Origin: a virus
Taxonomy: Duplodnaviria; Caudoviricetes
Virus record (IMG/VR): IMGVR_UViG_3300021085_000038
Coordinates: 1 to 55,678 of that record
DNA length: 55,678 nt
Direction: 5' to 3' (one strand)
A model generated the notes under the pieces. It saw only the letters and a list, made by a program, of their open reading frames with translations, was not told the origin of the DNA and searched no databases. Within the stretch, counting starts at the first letter, position 1, and the number at the start of each line of letters is the position of its first letter. This document shows, piece by piece, positions 26,902-35,749 of the stretch. The position numbers and the translations under genes were made by a program.

Positions 26902-28644
26902 ATGCTAAGAAATGAATACGGGCCTAAATTACCTATCAGTGAGCAGATACATAAAGAAAAATATCGTAGTGAAGGAGAAACCTTCCACGAGGCAATGACA
27001 AGAGTTGCTGAAGCACTAAAAGATGATGAAATACACTTTGAGCAGTTTAGAAGTATCCTAGATAATCAAAGATTCCTACCAGCAGGTAGAGTACAGTCAG
27101 CGATGGGCGCACCTCGCACTGTTACTCCATACAACTGTTTCGTATCAGGCACTATTGAGGACAGTATGGAAGGAATTATGGACGCAGCAAAAGAAGCTGC
27201 TAAGACCATGCAACTTGGTGGTGGTATAGGATATGACTTCTCTACTCTAAGGCCGCATGGGGCGCTTATTAAGAGCCTAGATAGCCGTTCTAGTGGGCCG
27301 TTAAGCTTCATGGCTATATTCGATAGCGTCTGCCATACAATCGCTTCAGCAGGTCACAGGAGAGGCGCACAAATGGGCGTTTTAAGGGTCGATCATCCTG
27401 ATATCGAGAAGTATATACGTGCTAAAAATAACTCCACTGATCTTACAGGTTTTAACATCTCAGTAGGTGTGACTGATGCCTTTATGGAAGCGGTTAAAAC
27501 AAACAGTCAATTTGATTTGGTCTTTGAAGACCGTGTTTATTCTACAGTGAATGCTCGTGCATTATGGGATGATATCTTACGATCTACATGGGATTGGGCA
27601 GAACCAGGTATCCTGTTTATTGATCGTATTAATAGAAAAAACAATCTACATTACTGTGAAAACATCGTAGCCACCAATCCCTGCGGAGAGCAGCCTTTAC
27701 CCCCTTATGGTGCATGTTTGTTGGGTTCTTTTAACCTAACTAAGTACGTTGTGCAGCACGATGGTAAGTATGTTTTCAACATGAATATGCTCAAGACAGA
27801 TATACCATATGTAGTCAGGGCTATGGACAATGTTGTTGATAGAGCAACATATCCGTTACCGCAGCAAGAGAAGCAAGCAAAAGACACTCGACGCATGGGT
27901 CTTGGGGTAACTGGGGTTGCTAATGCTATTGAAGCGTTAGGCTTTGATTACGGATCAGATGAATTTATTCGTGTGTTTGAAGACATTATGGGTACTATTC
28001 GTGATATCTGCTATGAAACATCTGTTGAACTGGCAAAAGAGAAAGGTGCATTCCCGTTATTTAAGAAAGAATACTTGGATAGTGAATTTGCACAAACCTT
28101 ACCTGCTAAGATTCGCAAGAGTATTGCAAAGCATGGCATTCGTAACTCACACCTATTGTCAGTAGCACCAACAGGTACAATCAGCCTGAGTGCAGACAAC
28201 GTATCATCTGGTATTGAGCCAGTGTTCTCACACTTCTATGATCGTACAATCCAGACGTTTGATGGGCCAACTATAGAGCGTGTAGATGACTATGGGTATC
28301 GTGAGTTTGGTATTAAAGGTAAAACTGCGGATGAACTATCTGTGTTTGACCATGTACGTGTGCTTAATGTTGCATCTCGTTATGTAGACAGTGCCTGTTC
28401 CAAAACATGTAATGTTGGAGATGATGTTACTTGGGAGCAATTCAAGAAAGTCTATATGGATGCCTATGAAGGTGGTTCATCAGGATGTACGACATTCCGT
28501 GCATCAGGAAAACGCTACGGTATCTTAAATGCATCTGCATCCGAAGACGTTGTAGAAGACAAACCAACAGAAAAAGACAACTTCATTGAAGAAGGTGGGG
28601 CTTGTTACTTTGACCCTGCTACTGGTCTTAGGAAGTGTGAATAA
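26902..28644 (+). CDS. nrdJ: Class II (B12-dependent) ribonucleotide reductase
   Basis: FLPAGR, NCFV, RRGAQM, TNPCGEQPL and APTGTIS; no beta-subunit gene present. Confidence 0.9.
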   Translation: MLRNEYGPKLPISEQIHKEKYRSEGETFHEAMTRVAEALKDDEIHFEQFRSILDNQRFLPAGRVQSAMGAPRTVTPYNCFVSGTIEDSMEGIMDAAKEAAKTMQLGGGIGYDFSTLRPHGALIKSLDSRSSGPLSFMAIFDSVCHTIASAGHRRGAQMGVLRVDHPDIEKYIRAKNNSTDLTGFNISVGVTDAFMEAVKTNSQFDLVFEDRVYSTVNARALWDDILRSTWDWAEPGILFIDRINRKNNLHYCENIVATNPCGEQPLPPYGACLLGSFNLTKYVVQHDGKYVFNMNMLKTDIPYVVRAMDNVVDRATYPLPQQEKQAKDTRRMGLGVTGVANAIEALGFDYGSDEFIRVFEDIMGTIRDICYETSVELAKEKGAFPLFKKEYLDSEFAQTLPAKIRKSIAKHGIRNSHLLSVAPTGTISLSADNVSSGIEPVFSHFYDRTIQTFDGPTIERVDDYGYREFGIKGKTADELSVFDHVRVLNVASRYVDSACSKTCNVGDDVTWEQFKKVYMDAYEGGSSGCTTFRASGKRYGILNASASEDVVEDKPTEKDNFIEEGGACYFDPATGLRKCE

Positions 28645-28646
28645 AT

Positions 28647-28826
28647 ATGAAAACCCCTTTTGATCAAGGTTACTTAGCCTTCTTTGAAGGGGATTTTGTA
28701 TGCAAATACAGGCCTCGATCTCATTACAATTTAGAATGGCATCGGGGCTTTAACAAAGCTTATTTTTATAACAGGAAAACATATGTACAAAGTATTCCAA
28801 TCGAAAGACTTCAACAAGTACGATGA
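28647..28826 (+). CDS. Small protein with Rmf/CrpP-like pattern (59 aa; not in the ORF track)
   Basis: FDQGYLAFFEG..CKY..EWHRGFNKAY. Confidence 0.55.
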   Translation: MKTPFDQGYLAFFEGDFVCKYRPRSHYNLEWHRGFNKAYFYNRKTYVQSIPIERLQQVR

Positions 28827-28950
28827 AGCAGCACGTTCCCAGGCTAAATCATTCTGGAGTAGCCAAGGGTATACATGCACTGATCATGAAAACGAGTATG
28901 ATGTAGATCTTGTTGTAGAAAAAGCTGTATTTATTCAAACAATGCAATAA
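28783..28950 (+). pseudogene. 55-aa ORF, possibly a truncated PD-(D/E)XK nuclease
   Basis: AGGA RBS; ..QGY..YDVDLVVEK then an abrupt end with no ExK motif. Confidence 0.35.
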
Positions 28951-29001
28951 AAAACGCCCTCAAGTGCTTGACCTGAAGGCGTAAATTATATAAAAAAATC
29001 T

Positions 29002-29067
29002 AGAAGCTGAACCTTGGTCGGTTCTGTTTTGTGTTTAAGCCCCTGGACTTCGGTTCGGGGGTTTTTT
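29002..29067 (+). ncRNA. Candidate trans-acting antisense sRNA, ending in the terminator between the two arms
   Basis: TTGACC-N17-TAAAAA upstream; 5' hairpin; single-stranded GUUUUGUGUUU; terminator. Complementary to three leaders at 14-15 kb. Confidence 0.65.
29037..29067 (+). terminator. Intrinsic terminator at the convergence of the two arms
   Basis: GCCCCTGGAC-TTCG-GTTCGGGGGT followed by a T run. Confidence 0.85.
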
Positions 29068-32000
29068 ATTGCATACTAAAAAGTTCTAACATGTCACGAT
29101 CCATAGTGCTGTTTTCTTCCTTACCGAAAGCATCTTCCTCTATAACACGTATCTCATATCTACTACCTGCTGCGGTAGCACTTACAGCTTCTAAGGCTAA
29201 TTTATTAGCAACTTTTCTAACAGTTGTACCTTGTCCTTTTGCTAATTCTCTTAGTAGTTCTTCGAACTTAGCAGGTTGTGAAACGATAACGGCTAATACA
29301 TTAGATGCTACTTCTTTCTGTAACTTTTCTGCTTCAGCTATAGGTACACTGGTAATTCTGCGTAGCATAGCGGCTGTGGGGTTCATGTAACCTGCTGTTA
29401 ATAGAATGGCTGTAGATACCGCATCTCGTATGTCTTCGCTACGTGCTGCATTTACTATAGTATCTGATCCTGCCTGAGAAACTTTCAGACGGCTAGGTAG
29501 AGATGTCTGATACATCATGTTAACAACATCAGTAACAGCTTCTGCCATTGCACTGTCATTACCATATACCACATTAATAGACTTAAATAAGTTACTTGTA
29601 TCATCTGCACTTAATTTACTAACTGCACCTATATTTATATTTTTACGTGCTTTTGTACCTGTCTTTAATGCAGTACCTGTAGCACCAAATATCTTTTCTC
29701 CTACCGTGTTCAACGCTACGGCTTGCAAAGCTTCTCTGGCTAACTTCTTTTGAGCATCATCAGGTAACAAATCAATCTTATTTACTAACTCTTGCATCCT
29801 GTTAGCAGAGTTTTTAGATGTCATAATTGATTGTATTACATCTTTAGCACTAGAAGTTACGGTACTTGCTCCCGTACCTGTAGCAGTGGTATCTATAAGT
29901 TGCTTTACCACACCTTCATGAGCTTGCTTAATACTAGCATCTAGCTCTTTAACTAATAAATCATTTGCGGCTTTAACATCCCCAAGACCTGAGTGTGCTG
30001 CGCTAACCTGATCAAAAGCCTTCTGCACACGATTTAATAGGTCTTGATCACCTAATCTCTGTAACTGCTCCCGTACAGGAGCGAATGCATTGAACAGTAC
30101 TTTCTCAGGATCTCCTCCTCCAGCACCAGATGCTAGTACATCTCTAAGACTGTTTGCTGCTTTTGCTACAAACATATCACGGAAAGACCCTTTTAATTCT
30201 TCGGGATTAACTATGTCTTTTGCTGCAAAGATAAGACCGTCCATTAACGTACCTGTTTCATCAGCAATTACTTCATTAACAAACTGACTTCCTGCAAGCA
30301 CTACATCGTCTTGGTTTCTTTGTCCTGGCCCAGGATAATTAGCATCCTCATAATCAAACTTACGCATTTCTTGAAATGTATCAGTTAAACGCCGCATAGG
30401 CTCAGACCTAGCAAACTGTGCTTTAGCTAAAATATACTTATCATCAGCGGCTTTGTAGGCATCGGCTATCGCTGGATTATCTACAGTTCTAAGGACATAT
30501 TCCATTTGTCCGTTTTTGTTATCTGTTATATGGTTTCTAAAAGAAATTAGCTTTTGTTGTACTGACGGCTGATCACTGTAAGCATCTATAACTCGTGCTA
30601 ATCTTGCTTTTAAGGTATACAAATCTTTAAAGTTTAAACCTTCTCCAATGTTTTCCATTACATCATCAACAGGACTATCAAATAGTTCATTGAGAGCGGC
30701 TTTAGTTCTGCCACCTGTATTATCTATTAGGTTAATGCTCTCTGTTACTTCTGCTAATTTAGAGTTGAATAAATCAACATCAATCGGTGCTTCTGGTAGA
30801 TTTTTATATGCCAGATCAACTTCATCCATTACTGCAACAAACTCATCATAAACATCAGTACTAACTAATTCAGTTAATTTCTGACGCATCTCGTTGTTGG
30901 TATTGGTGAATAAATTATCAGTGCCTGTTAAATCACCTACAATGTCTTGCAACACAGGGTTGTCTATAATTACATCTGATTGGGCATTTAGTATTTCATC
31001 AGTCTGTGAATTAAGCTCATTCTTCTGTAGGTTTAAGGCGGCTACTTCATCATCAGCACTTTTTACAACTTGAGATGCAACCGATTGAGCTGCCCCATCC
31101 ACATCTCCACCTATTTCTGCTGCTTCAGTTATAAACTCCCCTATTTGATTAGGTACACTATCAACAGTTGCAGCTACTCTTGAATCACTTAACTGGCTTC
31201 TAAACAAACCAATCATTGACGAAGACATACGAGCAGCTTCAGTATTTACTAACTCTTCGAATGCTTCCGCAGACATTGTATTTTTTAAACCTGCCCGTGT
31301 TTCTCTAATATATGCATCAGAAGACATCATGATAGCATTGGTAGTATCAGCGGTTATTTCACCTGTAACATCGCCCAGCGCAACTTTTATAATTCTATTA
31401 TCATTTAGCTTGTCTGCCAGGGATGAAATTCTAAGCTTTAATTGTGCGGGTTTTAAATTAACAATATCAGGATCAAGGTATTTAAATACTTCTAATATAG
31501 TACCATCTTGTACTGCCTTTTTAAGAGCATTCTTATTAAGTGCTTGTTTACCTGCTGATACTTTACCATAGGCAAAACCAAAGCCTCTTCCTAATAGAGA
31601 TAATGCACCATCCATTACACCATTAAGAGCTAAACCATCAATAAACATTGCTAAGTTTTTAGCATTTTGATCACTGATGTTTGGCAACAAATCATTAACA
31701 GCACTTGGTTTAACAAATAAACCCTCGTCACCCTCTCCTGACATAACCGTTTCAGATACAGCACCACCAAGGGCTACAGCAAGAGCAGTACCTTTTGTAC
31801 CTACATCTCCTGACTTACCTGCGGTAGATGCATACTTTATAAGACCCCCGCCATATTTTAATACTTTAGTTACTGGTAATGTAGGAGCAGCTATAGATAG
31901 GATAGTAGACGCAATCTCTTCGCCTCCTGATAAATCCATATCTGGTCTGGATTCAGCAAACTTGCTTTTACCCATTATAGCGCCTTCAGTAATCAGACCT

Positions 32001-32668
32001 CCAAGTTCTTGGTATATATTTCTACCTGCCTGATCTATCACTCTTCTAAATCCAGAACTATCAAATTCAGGGTTTGGAATTAAAACCTTTTCATAATTAT
32101 ATTTTGTTACATTACCTTCTGCATCTTTTACAGGGATGTAGCGGTCATAAATTTGATTAACACCTTCTGTATAAAAGGCATCACTTTCGTATAAATCCTT
32201 GACTGCCGTAGAATATTTTTCAATCTCTACATTATAAGTATCTCGTGCAACTTGAGATTTCTTTTTTGGTGCGCCTTCTGGATTTACAGCATCATAAAAC
32301 ATTGCGCCAATGCTATCAAACACACTTAGATTTGGCTTTTCTAGCTTATTACCATCTTCAAGAGTTACTTCACCATATAAGTTATCATAAGTGAAAGAAT
32401 CTCTCTTGTCCTTTTCAATAACAGGAGCTTTTACCTTAGATGTTTCATTGCTGTATTTTTCAGCTTCTTGCTGCCATTCATCTTCTGTACCTCCATATAG
32501 TTTTAAGGGTTCTGGTACAGAAAGATTATTTGCATTTAAGAAATCTAACTCTTCATCATTTAGTTCAGTTGAAGTAGTCGTATCCTCTTCCTCAAGAGGT
32601 ACAGGGATTGGTAAGTTGTTATCTTCTAAAAATTTCAACTCTTCTGGAGTTAATGTAGTATCAGCCAT
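29066..32668 (-). CDS. Large internal virion (ejection) protein
   Basis: ~1200-aa helical protein, last gene of the structural arm; AGGAG before MADTT. Confidence 0.7.
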   Translation of the reverse strand: MADTTLTPEELKFLEDNNLPIPVPLEEEDTTTSTELNDEELDFLNANNLSVPEPLKLYGGTEDEWQQEAEKYSNETSKVKAPVIEKDKRDSFTYDNLYGEVTLEDGNKLEKPNLSVFDSIGAMFYDAVNPEGAPKKKSQVARDTYNVEIEKYSTAVKDLYESDAFYTEGVNQIYDRYIPVKDAEGNVTKYNYEKVLIPNPEFDSSGFRRVIDQAGRNIYQELGGLITEGAIMGKSKFAESRPDMDLSGGEEIASTILSIAAPTLPVTKVLKYGGGLIKYASTAGKSGDVGTKGTALAVALGGAVSETVMSGEGDEGLFVKPSAVNDLLPNISDQNAKNLAMFIDGLALNGVMDGALSLLGRGFGFAYGKVSAGKQALNKNALKKAVQDGTILEVFKYLDPDIVNLKPAQLKLRISSLADKLNDNRIIKVALGDVTGEITADTTNAIMMSSDAYIRETRAGLKNTMSAEAFEELVNTEAARMSSSMIGLFRSQLSDSRVAATVDSVPNQIGEFITEAAEIGGDVDGAAQSVASQVVKSADDEVAALNLQKNELNSQTDEILNAQSDVIIDNPVLQDIVGDLTGTDNLFTNTNNEMRQKLTELVSTDVYDEFVAVMDEVDLAYKNLPEAPIDVDLFNSKLAEVTESINLIDNTGGRTKAALNELFDSPVDDVMENIGEGLNFKDLYTLKARLARVIDAYSDQPSVQQKLISFRNHITDNKNGQMEYVLRTVDNPAIADAYKAADDKYILAKAQFARSEPMRRLTDTFQEMRKFDYEDANYPGPGQRNQDDVVLAGSQFVNEVIADETGTLMDGLIFAAKDIVNPEELKGSFRDMFVAKAANSLRDVLASGAGGGDPEKVLFNAFAPVREQLQRLGDQDLLNRVQKAFDQVSAAHSGLGDVKAANDLLVKELDASIKQAHEGVVKQLIDTTATGTGASTVTSSAKDVIQSIMTSKNSANRMQELVNKIDLLPDDAQKKLAREALQAVALNTVGEKIFGATGTALKTGTKARKNINIGAVSKLSADDTSNLFKSINVVYGNDSAMAEAVTDVVNMMYQTSLPSRLKVSQAGSDTIVNAARSEDIRDAVSTAILLTAGYMNPTAAMLRRITSVPIAEAEKLQKEVASNVLAVIVSQPAKFEELLRELAKGQGTTVRKVANKLALEAVSATAAGSRYEIRVIEEDAFGKEENSTMDRDMLELFSMQ

Positions 32669-32672
32669 ATTA

Positions 32673-34985
32673 TTACTCCTGAGTTCCAAATTCTTTTCTA
32701 AGTACATCTACTGGGATGTCGTAGGTCTTAGATAATATATCCAAGTATTTATTGGCTTCGACTTCACCTTGGCTACCAAGAATCCCACTATATGCATCCA
32801 GATTTTGTGCATATGTAGGTGCGTTTTTATAGGTTGAAAGTGCTTGACCAATTGTAGGGGTAATTTCAGATGTATTATTTCCACCGTTACCTGGTGGTGG
32901 GTTTTGTACTGTAGCTTTTGTGGTTGCGTATTCTACAAGATGAGACAACCCACGACCTTCTAGATACTGCTCTACAGACTGTGTATATCCAGAGGATAAG
33001 TTCTTAGATGGATCTAGTTGATCTAGTATTTTAATCTGTGCGCTTGTTCCTACAAGGTCGTTAATTCTACCTTTAACTTTTTCAATACCCTCAAGTGACC
33101 TTGATCTTAGGTTATTACTAAATGTTGTGTAATCCGATCCAGGGCCAACAATCTGTAACGCATTCTTGAAGTCTGTATTAGATAGCCCAGCGCCACGTTG
33201 TTCAAGTGATACTGTTGCATATAAGTATGCATATTTAAGTAGCTCTGCTTCGAACTGAGAAGCTTTAGATGCAACGCCATCTTCACCAACAGACACACTA
33301 TCTATATAGCTGAATACTTCATCATCCGAGCTACCTTTTAAGTACATCTCATTGAGAGCTTTGTATTCATTATCGATGCGTTTAATAAGACGCTGTATAT
33401 CACCGCCGACTGTGGTCAATATTTCAGGAGATCCGCCTTTGCTAGGATCAATGAAGGATTCTAGCTTTTCAGCAGACTGCAACATAGTAGCCATCTCACG
33501 ACGACTTTCTGTTAATGGTACTAGAACCTTATCATTCATCTGAGACACTGTTTGCGCCTGTGCTTGTAGGGTTTTAATAGCTACACTACTTACATTGTTA
33601 TTTGTAGGTACAACTCTTTGCCTATCAATATCAAACAACTGTCCGTTTTTAGTAGGTGCAGTTGTTGCTATTATCGTGTCACCATTTTCGTCTTGATAAG
33701 TAGAGATTAAGAAACCTGCGCTTGTATCTAGTTCGATTTCAGCAGGGACATTTGCACGAGCCTTCTTCAATGACTCTAGCTGAGATTTCATTTGCCCTTT
33801 AGCAGTAGCAATAGCAACATCAAGTGTTGCACCTTTGATAGTATCCCAATCTTTTATATCAAAATCTTCCTTGCGACCTTTAAGTATAGCGTCAGCAGCT
33901 TTCTGCATTTCGGTAGTTTCGAATGGGTTATCTCTAGTACCTTGTAGTCCATTATCGTCTAATTTAGATAACTTTCTACCCATTTCCTTGTACTTTGAAT
34001 CAATAACTTGGTTAAATAGTTTTGCTTGAGCTTCTTCTAAACCTCCTGCCTCTATAGATCCTTCAAGTATTGATAAATCTAATTGATTTACTTCCACTAA
34101 TGTTAAAGGTTTCTTTAAAGATTTTACTAAAACCTCGCCAAGTTCAGTGACTTTCTTAGCTAATTCTTTTCCGTTTTGTAACTGTGTATTATTTTCAAAC
34201 CCAGCCGCTATTTGTATATAATTATCAGCAGTTATGTCTGCATAAGGAATTATCTGTGCTTCCTTATCAAGTATTGCTTGGTTTTCTGTAACCCAGTTAG
34301 TGATTTTTTGTTTATCTTCAGATGACATGGTAGCATCTTTTAATGCAGCAGCTCTACCTGCTTCTCCTAAATCTACTATTTCCTTGGTTGTTATAGCTAC
34401 GGATTGATATCTACTGACAGGTTCTTTATCTTCACCACCTACAGGAGCATTTTCTGTATCTGTTGTAGAAAACACAGTTTCCGTTTCTGTATCTAGAGTA
34501 CTTTCAATACTGTTGTCATCAAGTGCTGCGGCAGTGTCATCATTTTCAGGTACATTGTTTTTAGTAATATCCACTACAGGTGTTGTGTTAATAATAGGCG
34601 AACTACCATATGCAAATTCTGGAGAAAACTGTTTGTTGGGATCGCCGTAATAAGATATAGCGTCCTTACCCATTATTTGTACGTCTTTAAGAATATCTAA
34701 TCGTACACCAGGTACAACTTTTTTAGGATCAAGATTTTGTTCTCTTAGAATAATGCTAACTATTTTTGCATCTTTCTTATCCTGGGCATCTTTGGCCGCC
34801 GCTTTTTCTGCCGCATCAGCGGCTGCTTTAGCATCTGCCTTTTCTTTTTCGTAAGCTATTTCAGCTTCACGCTTATCTTTAGCAATCTTCGCAGGTACAT
34901 ATACACTGGCAAACCCTGTTAAGGCATCGCCGATAGCATTACTCTTAGGTGCATAATCTTGAGGGTTTGTATTACGCCATGCCAT
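32673..34985 (-). CDS. Internal virion (ejection) protein
   Basis: ~770-aa helical protein in the ejection cluster. Confidence 0.65.
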   Translation of the reverse strand: MAWRNTNPQDYAPKSNAIGDALTGFASVYVPAKIAKDKREAEIAYEKEKADAKAAADAAEKAAAKDAQDKKDAKIVSIILREQNLDPKKVVPGVRLDILKDVQIMGKDAISYYGDPNKQFSPEFAYGSSPIINTTPVVDITKNNVPENDDTAAALDDNSIESTLDTETETVFSTTDTENAPVGGEDKEPVSRYQSVAITTKEIVDLGEAGRAAALKDATMSSEDKQKITNWVTENQAILDKEAQIIPYADITADNYIQIAAGFENNTQLQNGKELAKKVTELGEVLVKSLKKPLTLVEVNQLDLSILEGSIEAGGLEEAQAKLFNQVIDSKYKEMGRKLSKLDDNGLQGTRDNPFETTEMQKAADAILKGRKEDFDIKDWDTIKGATLDVAIATAKGQMKSQLESLKKARANVPAEIELDTSAGFLISTYQDENGDTIIATTAPTKNGQLFDIDRQRVVPTNNNVSSVAIKTLQAQAQTVSQMNDKVLVPLTESRREMATMLQSAEKLESFIDPSKGGSPEILTTVGGDIQRLIKRIDNEYKALNEMYLKGSSDDEVFSYIDSVSVGEDGVASKASQFEAELLKYAYLYATVSLEQRGAGLSNTDFKNALQIVGPGSDYTTFSNNLRSRSLEGIEKVKGRINDLVGTSAQIKILDQLDPSKNLSSGYTQSVEQYLEGRGLSHLVEYATTKATVQNPPPGNGGNNTSEITPTIGQALSTYKNAPTYAQNLDAYSGILGSQGEVEANKYLDILSKTYDIPVDVLRKEFGTQE

Positions 34986-35550
34986 CGATGTTTTCCTCTT
35001 CAACTGGTTCTTCGCTATCTGCGTCCATGCCAAGCATTGAGGCTTGTTCTTCCTCACTAGCGGTCATTTTATCTTGATCCATAGGAGCGCCCATTAGACC
35101 TCCTTCAGGAATAGCTGATACTACTTCTTCTGGTGTATCTTCCATTTCCTCATCATCATCATCTTCAACAATGCCCATCGCCATTTTAAGCAATGTAGGT
35201 GTGATCTTAACCCTGTCAGATGTATCTGTACCCATGTCGTACTTGTAGCCATTGGTTTGAGCAAGTACCTCGATGTACCTAGCTACTGGCCCACTAATAA
35301 GTATAGCCAGATCAATTGGTATTTTACCTTTAGCAATTGACTGCATCAAAAGGCCTGAGACAACTGTCGTAACTGTCGTATCAATCTGTAGTAACGAGTA
35401 TACTAACTCTGCTTGTTCTTCTTGGGATATACGAGATATCATATAGCTGACTGCTTCATCGTAATCAGTAATATCAGGCGGTCTGTGCCAAGGGTAATTA
35501 CGGGTGTCGGCTAATAAATTAGCACCAGGAACGGGCGCATCAATCTTCAT
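34972..35550 (-). CDS. Hypothetical virion-module protein
   Basis: DAPVPG..YPWHRPP motif; acidic tail. Confidence 0.65.
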   Translation of the reverse strand: MKIDAPVPGANLLADTRNYPWHRPPDITDYDEAVSYMISRISQEEQAELVYSLLQIDTTVTTVVSGLLMQSIAKGKIPIDLAILISGPVARYIEVLAQTNGYKYDMGTDTSDRVKITPTLLKMAMGIVEDDDDEEMEDTPEEVVSAIPEGGLMGAPMDQDKMTASEEEQASMLGMDADSEEPVEEENIDGMA

Positions 35551-35725
35551 CTGTAGTTTCCTCTACTTCTGGTGCATCCCCTTCTTCTTCCATAGCCTTT
35601 TTAAAGCCATCAAAATATTCAGGAGTGTACTTTACTTCGCCACCACTAACCTCCATGAGGTTCTTAGGCATTTTACCATCCATAAATTGTTTGATGGATT
35701 TCTTTACTGCTTCTTGAAATGTCAT
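35540..35725 (-). CDS. Hypothetical protein
   Basis: 61 aa, overlapping the next gene. Confidence 0.6.
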   Translation of the reverse strand: MTFQEAVKKSIKQFMDGKMPKNLMEVSGGEVKYTPEYFDGFKKAMEEEGDAPEVEETTDED

Positions 35726-35749
35726 TGGATCATCCCGTGTATTTATTAA

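Noticed and set aside
21788-28644. Inteins or introns in polymerase or RNR
   Set aside because: Both ORFs are continuous, of normal length, and lack splice motifs.
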